Below are positions 1-9,872 of a stretch of DNA of 32,000 nucleotides, one piece after another. Position numbers and translations under genes: made by a program. How positions within the stretch are numbered: the stretch's first letter is position 1; each line of letters opens with the position of its first letter. Origin of the DNA: Ignicoccus pacificus DSM 13166 (GTDB lineage: Archaea; Thermoproteota; Thermoprotei_A; Sulfolobales; Ignicoccaceae); assembly GCA_025340205.1 (NCBI GenBank), contig CP006868.1, positions 870,001-902,000 of the forward strand. Direction: 5' to 3'. The notes beneath the pieces are model-generated. The model saw nothing but the letters and a program-made list of their open reading frames with translations, was not told the DNA's origin and ran no database searches.

Positions 1-1091
1 GGTCAGGCAACGTTACTGAAATAACGCTCAAGATAACGAATGTTGGTAACGACGTGGCCATAGCTCCCGAGCTTACCATAGGATCCTCCAAGATCATAGG
101 AGTAGTAGGAGAGACCACGTTTGTTCTCAATAATATCAAGCCTAAGGATTCGGTTACCGTGAAACTACAAGTAAACGTACAACCGGTTAACAAGAGAACG
201 GCAGCTTCGTTAAGCTACAGCTTAAGGTATGGCGATCCTTGGGGGAAGACTTACAATAACAGAGGATCTCTCACATTTACAATACTACCTATGAAAAGAG
301 CAGATGTAGTAGTGCACGTTCTATCAAACACGTTGATAAAAGGAGATAACAGAGTCCTTCTGGTTAGGGTAAGGAACGTCGGTAACAGTATTGCAAAGAA
401 TATAACCTTGACCGCATACGCAAGCGGTGTAGTGATAAAGGATCCCACCCTTAGAATAGGAACCTTAATGCCCGGTCAAGCGATAACGTGGCGTTTAGTT
501 TACAGCATTCCAACTTCCTCTTTGATAAACAGTGTGCAACTGAGTGTTACTGTAAACTATTTAAGCAATGGACAAAGTGAAGTAAATACTTTCAGTTTTC
601 CTATGAAGGTAATAATGGGACCTCAAATGGAGATAACAGACGTAACGGTGACCCCTCAGAAAGTGATCGCTGGTAAGGCGCTAAGCGTTTCTGTGGTCCT
701 AGTGAACAGTGGCGACGCCCCTGCCTACAACGTTCACGTGAGTGTACAGCTTCCCGTTCAACTGACCGCGATCGGACCTACAAGGGTGTTCTTGGGTAAT
801 ATTAGACAGCAGAACAGCGTTCCCGTAGCCTTCGTCTTAAAGCCAAAGGAAGGAACAGCACCAGGAACCTACGTAGCTAAGATTGTGGCCAGTTACAACT
901 TCAACGGAGCTAGGTATAGTGTAGAAACTCCTGTCACAATAATAGTTACGTCTCCAAGCTCGCAGTACGTGAGCATGTTCGAGAGATATAAGCTCTACGC
1001 TGCTATAGGAGGAGCAGCTCTAGCGTTAATCGTAATTGTGGTACTTATCAAGAGGAGAAGGAAGAGCGGTGAAGTGATTACAGAGGAGTGA
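1..1091 (+). CDS. Cell-surface protein with tandem CARDB/S-layer-like beta-sandwich modules and a C-terminal membrane anchor (5' end cut by the window edge)
   Basis: The frame is open from nt 3, with no stop upstream of the listed GTG at 54, so the gene starts outside the window. Three ~110-aa modules repeat the same motif: ITLKITNVGNDVA (nt 21-59), LLVRVRNVGNSIAKNITL (~nt 357) and SVSVVLVNSGDAPAYNVHV (~nt 684). The protein ends with the hydrophobic helix LYAAIGGAALALIVIVVLI followed by KRRRKSG. Its stop overlaps the start of the downstream permease. Confidence 0.6.
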   Translation, partial: SGNVTEITLKITNVGNDVAIAPELTIGSSKIIGVVGETTFVLNNIKPKDSVTVKLQVNVQPVNKRTAASLSYSLRYGDPWGKTYNNRGSLTFTILPMKRADVVVHVLSNTLIKGDNRVLLVRVRNVGNSIAKNITLTAYASGVVIKDPTLRIGTLMPGQAITWRLVYSIPTSSLINSVQLSVTVNYLSNGQSEVNTFSFPMKVIMGPQMEITDVTVTPQKVIAGKALSVSVVLVNSGDAPAYNVHVSVQLPVQLTAIGPTRVFLGNIRQQNSVPVAFVLKPKEGTAPGTYVAKIVASYNFNGARYSVETPVTIIVTSPSSQYVSMFERYKLYAAIGGAALALIVIVVLIKRRRKSGEVITEE

Positions 1092-2296
1092 GCACGATGA
1101 TATTGAACGATCTCTTCAAGCTAACGCTTAAAGATGTTAAAAGCGGTGGAATAAGATCGTTACTCGTTCTATTAAGTGTTGCGGTTGGCGCTGCTTCTCT
1201 CATTGCCTTTGTGGCACAAGCAGAGGGCATGAGATATAACGTAGAGACGCAGTTCAGAGGACTTTCGGCGAATGTCATAATAGGAATGTCACCAATTCCT
1301 TCCTTAACCTATCAAGACGTTATAGTGCTGAAATCGTTCAGGCACGTCGTAGATGTTAGAGCTGCTTTATTTGCAGACGTGAAGATCCCAGCTAAAGGGA
1401 AATACCTCGATTTCAAGTTAGTGGGAATGGATGCCAAAACGTTCTACACAATATTTCCCTCAGCCGTACCTAAGTATGGTAGTATCGAACTGAACGCTCC
1501 AGACTTAGCTTCAATAGGTTTCCAAGTATATAAAGAGACTAAAATAGGGCTGAACAGTCTCCTACCAATAAAGTTCGGAAGAAAAATATTCTACGTTAGA
1601 GTCTCAGCTGTGCTAGCTCCGCTAGGCGTGAGCCCACTCGCCGTAGGCTTCGAACCCGACAAGGCAGTATTTGTAAACATAAACGACGTTAAATCGTTCT
1701 TAAATGTAAGGAAAATGAACTTGGTGTATATAATAGTTGATAGTCCAAAGAACGTGGATAAGGTATATCAAGAAGTCAGTAACTACTTGAAGGGCAAGAA
1801 GTTTCAAGTCTTTGCCCCTCTTAGCGTCATAAAGGTCTATATGTCAGCAGTGAGCTTTGCTGAGCGATTCCTTCTAGCTATGTCGATGATGGCATTTGTC
1901 GCTAGTGGATTTAGCATAGCTAATACAATGATGATAACGGTAATAGAAAGAACTAAAGAAATAGGTGTTATGAAGGCGGTGGGCTTCACTTCAAGACAAA
2001 TAATGATGTACTACCTCCTATTAGCTATAAGCTATGGTCTAATCGGAGGGATAATAGGATCGGTAATAGGGTATGGGCTAGCTAACATTGTAAGTAGGTA
2101 TATGACAGTTATAGGAGCGGGGATAGAACAATATGTAACCAAGTATTTCAACATGAAAATACCTTCCGCTAAGGTTACTCATACTTTGGTTCTGGAAGCC
2201 CTATTATTCTCCGTGGCCACAGCGGCGATCTCAGGATTGTATCCGGCTTACAAGGCATCTCGCTTGGATCCCGTGAAGGCGCTGAAGAGCGAGTAA
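1088..2296 (+). CDS. ABC transporter permease, FtsX/MacB-like
   Basis: 402 aa. It has an N-terminal TM helix (IRSLLVLLSVAVGAASLIAF), a large external domain and a C-terminal TM bundle. FtsX-family hallmarks are present: ERTKEIGVMKAVGFTSRQI and the terminal [22 protein letters not shown] 1088 overlaps the upstream stop; an alternative ATG lies at 1097. Confidence 0.85.
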   Translation: MSTMILNDLFKLTLKDVKSGGIRSLLVLLSVAVGAASLIAFVAQAEGMRYNVETQFRGLSANVIIGMSPIPSLTYQDVIVLKSFRHVVDVRAALFADVKIPAKGKYLDFKLVGMDAKTFYTIFPSAVPKYGSIELNAPDLASIGFQVYKETKIGLNSLLPIKFGRKIFYVRVSAVLAPLGVSPLAVGFEPDKAVFVNINDVKSFLNVRKMNLVYIIVDSPKNVDKVYQEVSNYLKGKKFQVFAPLSVIKVYMSAVSFAERFLLAMSMMAFVASGFSIANTMMITVIERTKEIGVMKAVGFTSRQIMMYYLLLAISYGLIGGIIGSVIGYGLANIVSRYMTVIGAGIEQYVTKYFNMKIPSAKVTHTLVLEALLFSVATAAISGLYPAYKASRLDPVKALKSE

Positions 2297-3746
2297 ACAC
2301 CACATCCTCGTCTTTCGCTATTAGGAGCTCTATATAGGAAACCTCGCTCCTTCCCAGCGCCCATTGAGAACCATCATGAAGTAAGAACAAAGAGCCTGCC
2401 TTAAAATTAATTTTGGGGAACTCTAAGAGATCCCCTTTCTTAAAGGATGATGAAGTAACATCGTTAACGGTGACTACTAGTCCTTCCTTGAGGAGTGTAG
2501 AAGGACATGGAATAGCCCTAGTAGGGGTGAGAAGAGCGTCCCCTATTTTAGAAGGATTCTTCCCGTATGCATATATGAAGCTTTTCTTATAGAAATCGAT
2601 ATAGCGAACTTCACCGAAATCGGTGTGTAAGGCTTTGTCGCAGAGCGCACAGTCCCTAGGCACCGTACTCTTAGGAAAAGCGCTCTCGCCCCTCTCCAGA
2701 AGCTTTCTCCACTTATGGTGAAGGTGATACATCCCTTCGTATAACCTAGGATGGACGTGAGAGAACGAGATAGCCCACTTGTAGAAGGTTCCGTAAGCTA
2801 TTCTTTCCCTAATTTCGAGCACCATCTTCCATGCTATGTTTAGATTATGCATTGCTAAGAATCTTATCAATTCGGTCTTACTCATACCGGTTAGGTCTCT
2901 TGGCGTGTATTTTGAACAAACATCGCAATCGCAAGGGAAGTCCCTCAGTTTGACAAGTTCCTCTACTTTGAGAGTACCCCAAGGAGTTAAGTATCTACCG
3001 TCTTTCGCCGCTAAGATGTACATAGCTGAGTCGAACATGTCCACGCCCATTGCTACCAATAAGGGAAAGATCAGTGGATGGCCGGCGCCAAAGGCATGGA
3101 CAGGGGTTCCGGCATTACGAGAAAGCATCACAGGTGCTATAACATCAACTAATTCTTTGAACTTATAGGATACCATTAAAGGAACGATTCCCCCGACAGC
3201 TAGCAGATCGGCTCCTTCACTTATGTAAACTCTCGTGGCATAGCCTCTGATCTCCGGATAAAGACCGCCTTGGACCGGTGATGTAACTATTTTGTTCGTT
3301 AGAGCTCTCGCTTCTTTCCAACGCTCTATCGAGATCTTTGCTTTCCTTAAGGCCTCCTCCTTTGAGTCTGTAGGCAAGCTGAAGAGATCTACCGGAGTCG
3401 CTATGTCTACTCCTACGCTATCTTGATAGGTTATGGACTCGACCGGATCTACCTTCACGCCTCTGCTATATGCTTGGTAGGTACCCGAATCGGTGTAAAG
3501 CACTCCCTCCCATCCTAGCACTTCTTTCAGATTCTTCTTTCCGACCTTCCTTTTTGCTATAAATGAGCTCGTCATTATTATGTCTATACCTATTTTCTTC
3601 AAATAACTTATTGGGACTATTTGTTTTCTCGGGTCTGGATCGACCACTACGAGGAGGGTTGGTGTTGTTATTCTAAAGGAATGGATTTTCAATAGGCCCA
3701 AGCGGGCCGCGCCATCCCTCTCGATAGGTTCCCATATCATTTGCAT
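2175..3746 (-). CDS. tgtA: Archaeosine tRNA-guanine transglycosylase (archaeal TGT)
   Basis: 523 aa. It has a TGT-family TIM barrel with TDSGTYQ, the zinc site [14 protein letters not shown]...AMHNL, and a C-terminal PUA-like region (KKGDLLEF...ALGRSEV). The last ~40 codons run antisense to the 3' end of the permease gene. Confidence 0.85.
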   Translation of the reverse strand: MQMIWEPIERDGAARLGLLKIHSFRITTPTLLVVVDPDPRKQIVPISYLKKIGIDIIMTSSFIAKRKVGKKNLKEVLGWEGVLYTDSGTYQAYSRGVKVDPVESITYQDSVGVDIATPVDLFSLPTDSKEEALRKAKISIERWKEARALTNKIVTSPVQGGLYPEIRGYATRVYISEGADLLAVGGIVPLMVSYKFKELVDVIAPVMLSRNAGTPVHAFGAGHPLIFPLLVAMGVDMFDSAMYILAAKDGRYLTPWGTLKVEELVKLRDFPCDCDVCSKYTPRDLTGMSKTELIRFLAMHNLNIAWKMVLEIRERIAYGTFYKWAISFSHVHPRLYEGMYHLHHKWRKLLERGESAFPKSTVPRDCALCDKALHTDFGEVRYIDFYKKSFIYAYGKNPSKIGDALLTPTRAIPCPSTLLKEGLVVTVNDVTSSSFKKGDLLEFPKINFKAGSLFLLHDGSQWALGRSEVSYIELLIAKDEDVVFTRSSAPSRDPSEMPCKPDTILRSPLWPRRIIGLPEPKYE

Positions 3747-4156
3747 GGCTTGAACCCGGCTACCTTCAAGATCCTTATAGCCAAGTGAGCAGCGTTTTTG
3801 GCATTGTCAATGCCAACTGCGGCCACGGGAACCCCAGGAGGCATTTGAACAATACTGAAGAGGGCATCAAGACCCATGAGCTTCACGTCTCTGGGAACGC
3901 CTATTACCGGTTGTTCAACCCTAGAAGCTATGACTCCTGGTAGATGAGCTGCGAGACCAGCTATAGCTATGTATACCTTTATATACTCTTTACTCTCCTC
4001 TAGGTACTTGTCGAGCTCTTTGGGCGTCCTGTGAGCGGAGAGGACGCGTACCTCGTAAGGAACACAATGCTCTTTAAGCACTTCTTCTGCTTTCTTAGCT
4101 AACTCCTCGTCAGATTTCGAGCCCATGATGATAACCACGAGAGGCTTCTCGCTCAT
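3737..4156 (-). CDS. purE: N5-carboxyaminoimidazole ribonucleotide mutase / AIR carboxylase catalytic subunit
   Basis: 139 aa with the PurE motifs IMGSKSD, LSAHRTP and [11 protein letters not shown]. Its 3' end overlaps the tgtA start by 10 nt. Confidence 0.85.
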   Translation of the reverse strand: MSEKPLVVIIMGSKSDEELAKKAEEVLKEHCVPYEVRVLSAHRTPKELDKYLEESKEYIKVYIAIAGLAAHLPGVIASRVEQPVIGVPRDVKLMGLDALFSIVQMPPGVPVAAVGIDNAKNAAHLAIRILKVAGFKPCK

Positions 4157-4208
4157 GATCGACTCCCGGGAGGAAGGTGTGAAGATAGTAAATATCTCTG
4201 GAGTTGCT

Positions 4209-5675
4209 TTAACCCAAAAATCCTCTCATCTCCGCTAGTTCAACTACTAAGGCCTTTGCCCTGCTTATTTCGGCAGCCTCTATCTTCTCCCTGAGTTCCT
4301 TCAGCTTATTCATATACTTTTCATCGGGAGTCTTGGGAGAAGGTAAGTCACCGAAGTATTCCTTTATCGTATCAATATCCTTCTTTATCATTTCGAAAGT
4401 CTTTTCGTCTACATACTTCTTGAATACGTCTAAGTTGCTATAGGCCAAGTCGAATCCCCAGTCCTTCTTGAGTAAGGTCAAGAATTTCATTAACACTTCT
4501 AGGTTATAGGCGTCGCCTTTAGCGAAGTCTTCTATCACCGATGCGCCTACTAGCGAGGGACCTAATCCCATTGAATACATTGAGGCACAGAACTTGATGG
4601 CTCTGGGCATCTCCTTACCAGTCTTAGCCTTTCTCTTATAGGTGTCTAGCCTGGCCCTAGTCCCTAAGACTAGCTTTGACATGAACTGAATTGCATCGAC
4701 TAATCTATCTAATCTCTGTACATAGACCTCTGAAGCTTTCCATGCCATGGATATCAGCCTTTGTTCTTCGTCTAGCAAGCTCAAGTCGGGGACCTTCCCG
4801 GCATTGTTGGCAATAGTCATGACTGTGGCGACGTAGTCTTTCCTATCGGTGTTGAACCTGAGTGCGGATTGAACGGTCGCTGTGAAGTAACCCTTCCATG
4901 CCTCTACCCACTCGTTTCTCACCCACTCCGCCATGTGGCCTCTCATGGGAGGCTTACCCATGCCGACTATTGGGTAACTCTTGAACATAGTGTTTTGTTG
5001 CCAGCGCCACATCTTTAATATTGCCATCTTTATTCCTATTGAACTAGTTATATGACCTCCGTGAATTGCGGAGTCACTCTTCCCTACGAAAACTCTGAAC
5101 TCTTTCTCGAATAGACCAATCTCCTTGATGAAGGCAATTCTTAATCCTTCTATTATCTCATCTATGTGCATGTGGGATTCTGAGGTCTCGAAGAGAGGTA
5201 TGAGTCTTATCCATTCCTCTCTTCTAAGCGAGAACTCCTCTGCTACGAGTCTTTCCACTTTTAGTATCCTTCTTTGAACTTCCGCCAGCTCTATTGTGCT
5301 AGCTGACATCGGTAATACTATGAACTGGACAGCATTAGTATTGAAGTACATCTGTGAATACATGTTAGCTGTGACTGCAGCGGTGATAGCTAGTAAGTGC
5401 TTATCCTTGTCCTCGAGCCTTGGATTAGGAACTCTGGGTGTTATCAAGAAGTCCTCTCCTGGAACTATGTCGTGATATCTCGCTTCCTCTATGATTGCTC
5501 TTATTTGACTATAAGGAGTGGCTTTTCCTTCATAATCTACCATCTTCTCATCGCAACCCCTACCTCCTCTTTCCAAGGGGATTACGTCTTCGATTGCCTC
5601 TTTGACCTCATCTTGGGGTGTGAATACTATTGTGCTGTCAGGGTGTTGTGTCGCCATAAGTTTCGGCACTCTCAA
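4209..5675 (-). CDS. ppcA: Archaeal-type phosphoenolpyruvate carboxylase
   Basis: 488 aa. The N-terminus [13 protein letters not shown] matches the conserved M(S/A)TQHPD start of archaeal PepcA proteins, and the size fits the ~500-aa archaeal family. Confidence 0.8.
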   Translation of the reverse strand: MRVPKLMATQHPDSTIVFTPQDEVKEAIEDVIPLERGGRGCDEKMVDYEGKATPYSQIRAIIEEARYHDIVPGEDFLITPRVPNPRLEDKDKHLLAITAAVTANMYSQMYFNTNAVQFIVLPMSASTIELAEVQRRILKVERLVAEEFSLRREEWIRLIPLFETSESHMHIDEIIEGLRIAFIKEIGLFEKEFRVFVGKSDSAIHGGHITSSIGIKMAILKMWRWQQNTMFKSYPIVGMGKPPMRGHMAEWVRNEWVEAWKGYFTATVQSALRFNTDRKDYVATVMTIANNAGKVPDLSLLDEEQRLISMAWKASEVYVQRLDRLVDAIQFMSKLVLGTRARLDTYKRKAKTGKEMPRAIKFCASMYSMGLGPSLVGASVIEDFAKGDAYNLEVLMKFLTLLKKDWGFDLAYSNLDVFKKYVDEKTFEMIKKDIDTIKEYFGDLPSPKTPDEKYMNKLKELREKIEAAEISRAKALVVELAEMRGFLG

Positions 5676-5772
5676 GTCTTTAGCCCCTAGGTGTAAGGGG
5701 AACTCTGATTAGGTATATATCTGTATATTCAAGTTTAGGCGGGTACTACTAAAATTTTCTTCGCGCGTCGGC

Positions 5773-8475
5773 GTGGTGGGTAGAAGGGACGCCGTGAGAA
5801 CGCTAAACGAACGACTCAGAGAGGTGTTAAAGCGAAGAGGGATAAAGGAGCTTACGCCGATACAGCAGATCTCCATACCTACAATTCTCAGGGGTTTCCA
5901 TACTCTTATAATGGCACCCACTGGTAGTGGTAAGACCGAAGCGGCGCTTCTCCCTGTAGCCTCTAAGATGCTAGATGAAGGTGTGTTCGGTAAACTTACC
6001 GTCCTTTACATCACCCCTCTTAGGGCGCTCAACCGCGATATCGGAATAAGAGCCCTTTCCCTATTTAGGGAAATAGGCATGAACGTCGACGTGTGGCACG
6101 GTGACACACCTCAGTCTAGAAGGAAGAGAATAATGGAACAGCCTCCGGAGGTCTTAGTCACCACCCCAGAGAGCTTGAACATACTGTTGGTAAACAGAAA
6201 AATGAGGAAACATCTACGCTCAGTGAAGTATGTAATAATCGACGAGTTACATGAACTCATGGAAAGTAAGAGAGGTGCCGAGCTAACGGTAGCGCTGGAA
6301 AGGCTCTCTCTCATAGCAAGATTTCAGAGAATAGGGATAAGCGCCACTATCTCTAACGTCGAAGTAGCGAAGAGGTTCCTTGGTGGACCCAGATATGTTG
6401 TGGAAGTGTTGGATAAATCTAGGAAAGCACCGGAGATAGACGTGGTAATTGAGGAAGGCTTCGAAAATATGTTGAAGAAAGTAGAGGAGATGATAGTAAA
6501 TATTGACGGAGCGTTGTTGATATTCACTAATACTAGGGATACGGCCGAACAGATTGGGAAGGCGTTGAAGGAAAAGTTAGGGGATAAGGTATTTGTGCAC
6601 CATGGATCCCTTTCTAAGTCAGAAAGGGAGAAAGTGGAGAAATTAATAAGATCTGGAAAGACCAAGGCTGTAGTAGCCACCTCTAGCTTAGAGCTAGGAA
6701 TAGATGTGGGGAGCATTACTCATGTAATACAATTTGCTTCTCCAAGAAGAGTAACTAGACTGGTTCAAAGAATTGGTAGGGCGAAGCACGATCCACGCCA
6801 AAGGCCTAAAGGGACGGTAATAAGTGGATTGAAACCTTACGAGGTTTTGGAAGCCGTGGTAATAGCAAGGAGAGCGATAAAGGGCGATCTCGAGGAATTA
6901 AGACCATATTCCAACCCCTTGGACGTCTTAGCACATCAACTCGTAGGGATGTTTATGGAGGAGGAAAGGGATCCAAAGGAGTGTTATAGAGTAGTTCAGA
7001 GGGCGTACCCTTTCTGGAACTTGAGCTTAGAGGAGTTTGAGGAAATAATGAATCTTCTATCATCGATAAGATTGATAGAGTGTAAAGAGGGAAGGTGTAG
7101 AGCTACGAGGAAAGGCGAGATATACTACAGGACGACGGGGATGATAGTCGAGAGCAAGAGAGTACCAGTTAAGGTATACGGAGGTGAAGTCATCGGAACG
7201 TTGGACGAAGAGTTTGTCGTGGAGTTGAACCCCAGCGATCGTTTCATACTAGGAGGACGCATCTGGAAAGTGGTAGGTCTTGATGAGGATGTGGTAATAG
7301 TAGAGAAAGATGAAGGCATAGGTCCACCTCCCGCGTGGGAGGGAGACTTGATCCCCGTCGATTTCAAGGTGGCCAGAGAGGTTGGAGCTCTCAAGAGAAT
7401 GGTAGAGAAGATGATCGATAACTATCCTCTAGATGATAGGAATAAGAGGAAGGTTCTTGATATAATCAAGGAGTCGGGGGAGCCAAGGGCGACGGATAAG
7501 AGAATAGTAATAGAGGTTGAAGGTAATACGATCGTCTATAACATCCATGGTGGGAGTAACATAAACAACGCTTTAGGCTACGCCCTAAGTTATATAGCCA
7601 GGCTAAGATATGGGTCTTCCTCCTTTAATACTACACCTTATCACGTGATTTTAATCCTGCCAAAAGTGATAACCGCTGATGAAGCTAAAGATATATTACT
7701 GAGTTTAAAGAACTTTAACCTAAAACGTCTGGTAATGGAGGAAGTGAAAAAGTCTAGGTTATTTAAATGGAGAATGATAAAGGTAATGGTTAGGATGGGA
7801 ATAATAAATAGGAAGAGGTTAACTGTAGATGAACTGCGCAAAATTGAGAAGGGGTTACTAAGAGTATACAGAGATAGTGTCGTAGGTAACGAAACTCTTC
7901 GAGAGATATTGCATGATAAAGTGGATATCGACGGACTACTTAAATTAATCGAAGGAATCGAATCCATGGAGGTAATATCGCGCGCTAAGTTCAGTAATCA
8001 AAGTCTTTGGGCATTGGAAAATGAGAGCAAAGTAAAGGAAGTAAGCGTGAGTCCCTCCTCTACCATACTTAACGTAGTGAGAAGGAGGCTAGAGAATAGA
8101 GAAGTCAAGATGATTTGTATGATGTGTGGATATCAATGGAGCGGGAAGGTTAGGGACGTAGGCCTGAAGTGTCCCAAATGTCAAGCCGGTTTCGTAGCTC
8201 CCTCTTTTAACGAAGAAATGTTGGAGAAGGTAGCCCTAAAGATAGCAAGAAATGAGAAAATCAAAGGAGAAGAGAAGAGAACTGCCAAGGAGGTTAGGGA
8301 AAGAGCAAACTTGCTAATGGTTTACGGAAGAGACGCATTGCTTGCCCTAGCTGCCAGAGGCGTGGGCGCACAAACGGCGAAACGAGTGTTGGCAGCATCC
8401 CGTACGGGCTCAGACCTACTTACAGAAATAATAAAGGCAGAGAAGACCTTCATAAGAACTAAGAGGTACTGGTAA
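5773..8475 (+). CDS. lhr: Lhr-type SF2 DEAD/DEAH-box helicase (paralog 1) with C-terminal zinc ribbon
   Basis: 900 aa. Helicase motifs present: Q-motif TPIQ, motif I APTGSGKTEAA, motif II DELHE, motif III SAT and motif VI QRIGRAKH. An Lhr-like winged-helix/DEAD-associated region follows (PLDVLAHQLVG). A CxxC...CxxC ribbon (CMMCGYQW...CPKCQ, nt ~8115-8181) and an HhH-like GVGAQTAKRVLAA lie near the C-terminus. The true start may be the GTG at 5794 (MRTLNERL...). Confidence 0.85.
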   Translation: MVGRRDAVRTLNERLREVLKRRGIKELTPIQQISIPTILRGFHTLIMAPTGSGKTEAALLPVASKMLDEGVFGKLTVLYITPLRALNRDIGIRALSLFREIGMNVDVWHGDTPQSRRKRIMEQPPEVLVTTPESLNILLVNRKMRKHLRSVKYVIIDELHELMESKRGAELTVALERLSLIARFQRIGISATISNVEVAKRFLGGPRYVVEVLDKSRKAPEIDVVIEEGFENMLKKVEEMIVNIDGALLIFTNTRDTAEQIGKALKEKLGDKVFVHHGSLSKSEREKVEKLIRSGKTKAVVATSSLELGIDVGSITHVIQFASPRRVTRLVQRIGRAKHDPRQRPKGTVISGLKPYEVLEAVVIARRAIKGDLEELRPYSNPLDVLAHQLVGMFMEEERDPKECYRVVQRAYPFWNLSLEEFEEIMNLLSSIRLIECKEGRCRATRKGEIYYRTTGMIVESKRVPVKVYGGEVIGTLDEEFVVELNPSDRFILGGRIWKVVGLDEDVVIVEKDEGIGPPPAWEGDLIPVDFKVAREVGALKRMVEKMIDNYPLDDRNKRKVLDIIKESGEPRATDKRIVIEVEGNTIVYNIHGGSNINNALGYALSYIARLRYGSSSFNTTPYHVILILPKVITADEAKDILLSLKNFNLKRLVMEEVKKSRLFKWRMIKVMVRMGIINRKRLTVDELRKIEKGLLRVYRDSVVGNETLREILHDKVDIDGLLKLIEGIESMEVISRAKFSNQSLWALENESKVKEVSVSPSSTILNVVRRRLENREVKMICMMCGYQWSGKVRDVGLKCPKCQAGFVAPSFNEEMLEKVALKIARNEKIKGEEKRTAKEVRERANLLMVYGRDALLALAARGVGAQTAKRVLAASRTGSDLLTEIIKAEKTFIRTKRYW

Positions 8476-8519
8476 CAAGCTATTACGCTCCCTAGTCGCT
8501 GGGAACGGGGGTCAAGTCA

Positions 8520-9095
8520 TTGCCATTCGTAAGGAACGGCGAGCGAGTGATACCTGGCCAGAAGCTTTGTGTAATAGAAGAATTGACACCAGGAAAGGGA
8601 ACCTATGAGGACGAGAACGGTATAGTTAGGGCTGCCATACCCGGTGTGGTGAGACTAGACTTAATGAATTATGTCGTGGAGGTTAAAGGAAAGAGCGCAG
8701 ACCAAGAGCTTCCTAGTGGTAAGGACATAGTAATAGGCTATGTCTTGGGGATGAGGGATGAAGTGGCCGCTATAAAGATTGTAAAGAGCGTACACGGAGT
8801 CTTGAAAGGTATGGTATTTACTGGAGCATTACACATATCCCAAGCTTCTCCCAGAGGATATCTCAACACGCTATATGATGGTTATAGACCTGGCGACATA
8901 GTCAAACTAAAAGTCCTTAGCGGTCCTCCTTACGTCCTCTCTGCAAAGGGTAATAGATTAGGCGTTATCTTGGCGCACTGCAGCAACTGTGGTGCACCTC
9001 TTTACCTCAGAAAAGATGGTAATCTCAAATGTAAGCGTTGTGGTAATACGGAAAAGAGGGTTACTTCGGTTGATTATGTGTTAAGGGAGAGGTAA
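8520..9095 (+). CDS. csl4: Exosome complex RNA-binding subunit Csl4
   Basis: 191 aa with a TTG start. It has an N-terminal PGQKLCVIEELTPGKGTYEDENGIVRA domain, a central S1-like fold and the C-terminal zinc ribbon CSNCGAPL...CKRCGN, which is the Csl4 architecture. Confidence 0.8.
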   Translation: MPFVRNGERVIPGQKLCVIEELTPGKGTYEDENGIVRAAIPGVVRLDLMNYVVEVKGKSADQELPSGKDIVIGYVLGMRDEVAAIKIVKSVHGVLKGMVFTGALHISQASPRGYLNTLYDGYRPGDIVKLKVLSGPPYVLSAKGNRLGVILAHCSNCGAPLYLRKDGNLKCKRCGNTEKRVTSVDYVLRER

Positions 9096-9136
9096 AATCT
9101 CATAACCTATCTCGTGGTTCTTGCAGTGGGTAGGAC

Positions 9137-9826
9137 TTGTTGGATTTGATATCACTGATTAGGAGTTACACTCCCGAAGAGCTAGCGAGCAGAATAGACC
9201 AGACGTTACTAATATCTTCTCCAGATAAAGCTATAGAATTTGCCAAGCTATCGAGCAAATACCCATTTAGGTCTTTAGTGGGATTCCCTCAGATGCTTTC
9301 TTATTTCAAAAAGTACTGGAAAGGCAGACTCACAGCGGTGACCAACTTCCCCTATGGTCTATCTCCGCTCGATGCCGTCGAGAAGGAGATGAGAGAGGCA
9401 TGGGAGCAGGGAGCGGTAGAGGTAGACGTCGTAGCATCACCCTACCTCTTTAAGAAAGATATCGATGAATACAGAGAATATATAAGGGGGATGGTAGGAC
9501 TGGCTAGAGAAATTGGGTTTGATGTAGTTAAGGTGATTGTAGAAGCACCTTTGCTGAGCGATGAGGAACTCATCAGAGTAGCAAAGATAATCGAAGAAGT
9601 AAAGGCGGACTTCTTAAAGACATCGACGGGAGTATTAGCGAAGACTAAGATGAGGGATATTTACCTTGTTAAGATGGCTGCACCTTCACTAGAGGTGAAG
9701 GCTTCTGGAGGCATAAGAGAACCCGTTCAAGCGATATCAATGATAGCGCTTGGCACGTCCGTTATAGGGACTAGTACCGGTATTGAAATAGTTGAAGAGA
9801 TGAAGTTGTTGAAGAGGTTAATTTGA
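9137..9826 (+). CDS. deoC: Deoxyribose-phosphate aldolase family protein
   Basis: 229 aa with a series of DeoC motifs: IDQTLL, VTNFPYG, EVDVV, KVIVEA, FLKTSTG (Schiff-base Lys), VKASGGIR and VIGTST. Confidence 0.75.
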   Translation: MLDLISLIRSYTPEELASRIDQTLLISSPDKAIEFAKLSSKYPFRSLVGFPQMLSYFKKYWKGRLTAVTNFPYGLSPLDAVEKEMREAWEQGAVEVDVVASPYLFKKDIDEYREYIRGMVGLAREIGFDVVKVIVEAPLLSDEELIRVAKIIEEVKADFLKTSTGVLAKTKMRDIYLVKMAAPSLEVKASGGIREPVQAISMIALGTSVIGTSTGIEIVEEMKLLKRLI

Positions 9827-9872
9827 GGTCAGCTGAGACAGGTCGCATCACCTCTCAGCACCCCTTTAGTCT

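Noticed and set aside
251-448. Numerous 60-175 aa ORFs antisense to or out of frame with the long genes. Examples: 251-448, 2836-3168, 5397-5690, 6324-6716, 7641-7967, 13138-13527, 13554-14078, 14822-15139, 15544-15852, 15596-15880, 18875-19243, 19448-19777, 23200-23529, 24083-24460, 25694-26092, 26728-27018, 27174-27530, 29642-29929.
   Set aside because: Each lies wholly inside a gene with clear family motifs on the other strand or frame. They have Ser/Leu/Pro/Arg-rich low-complexity translations typical of shadow ORFs and lack any promoter or start context.
4150-4205. C/D-like pattern ATGATCG...TGTGAAGA...CTGG at the purE start region (+ strand).
   Set aside because: The C-like box lacks the terminal GA and the D-like box is CUGG, so the sheared G-A pairs cannot form. 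The first box is also the antisense of the purE start codon region.
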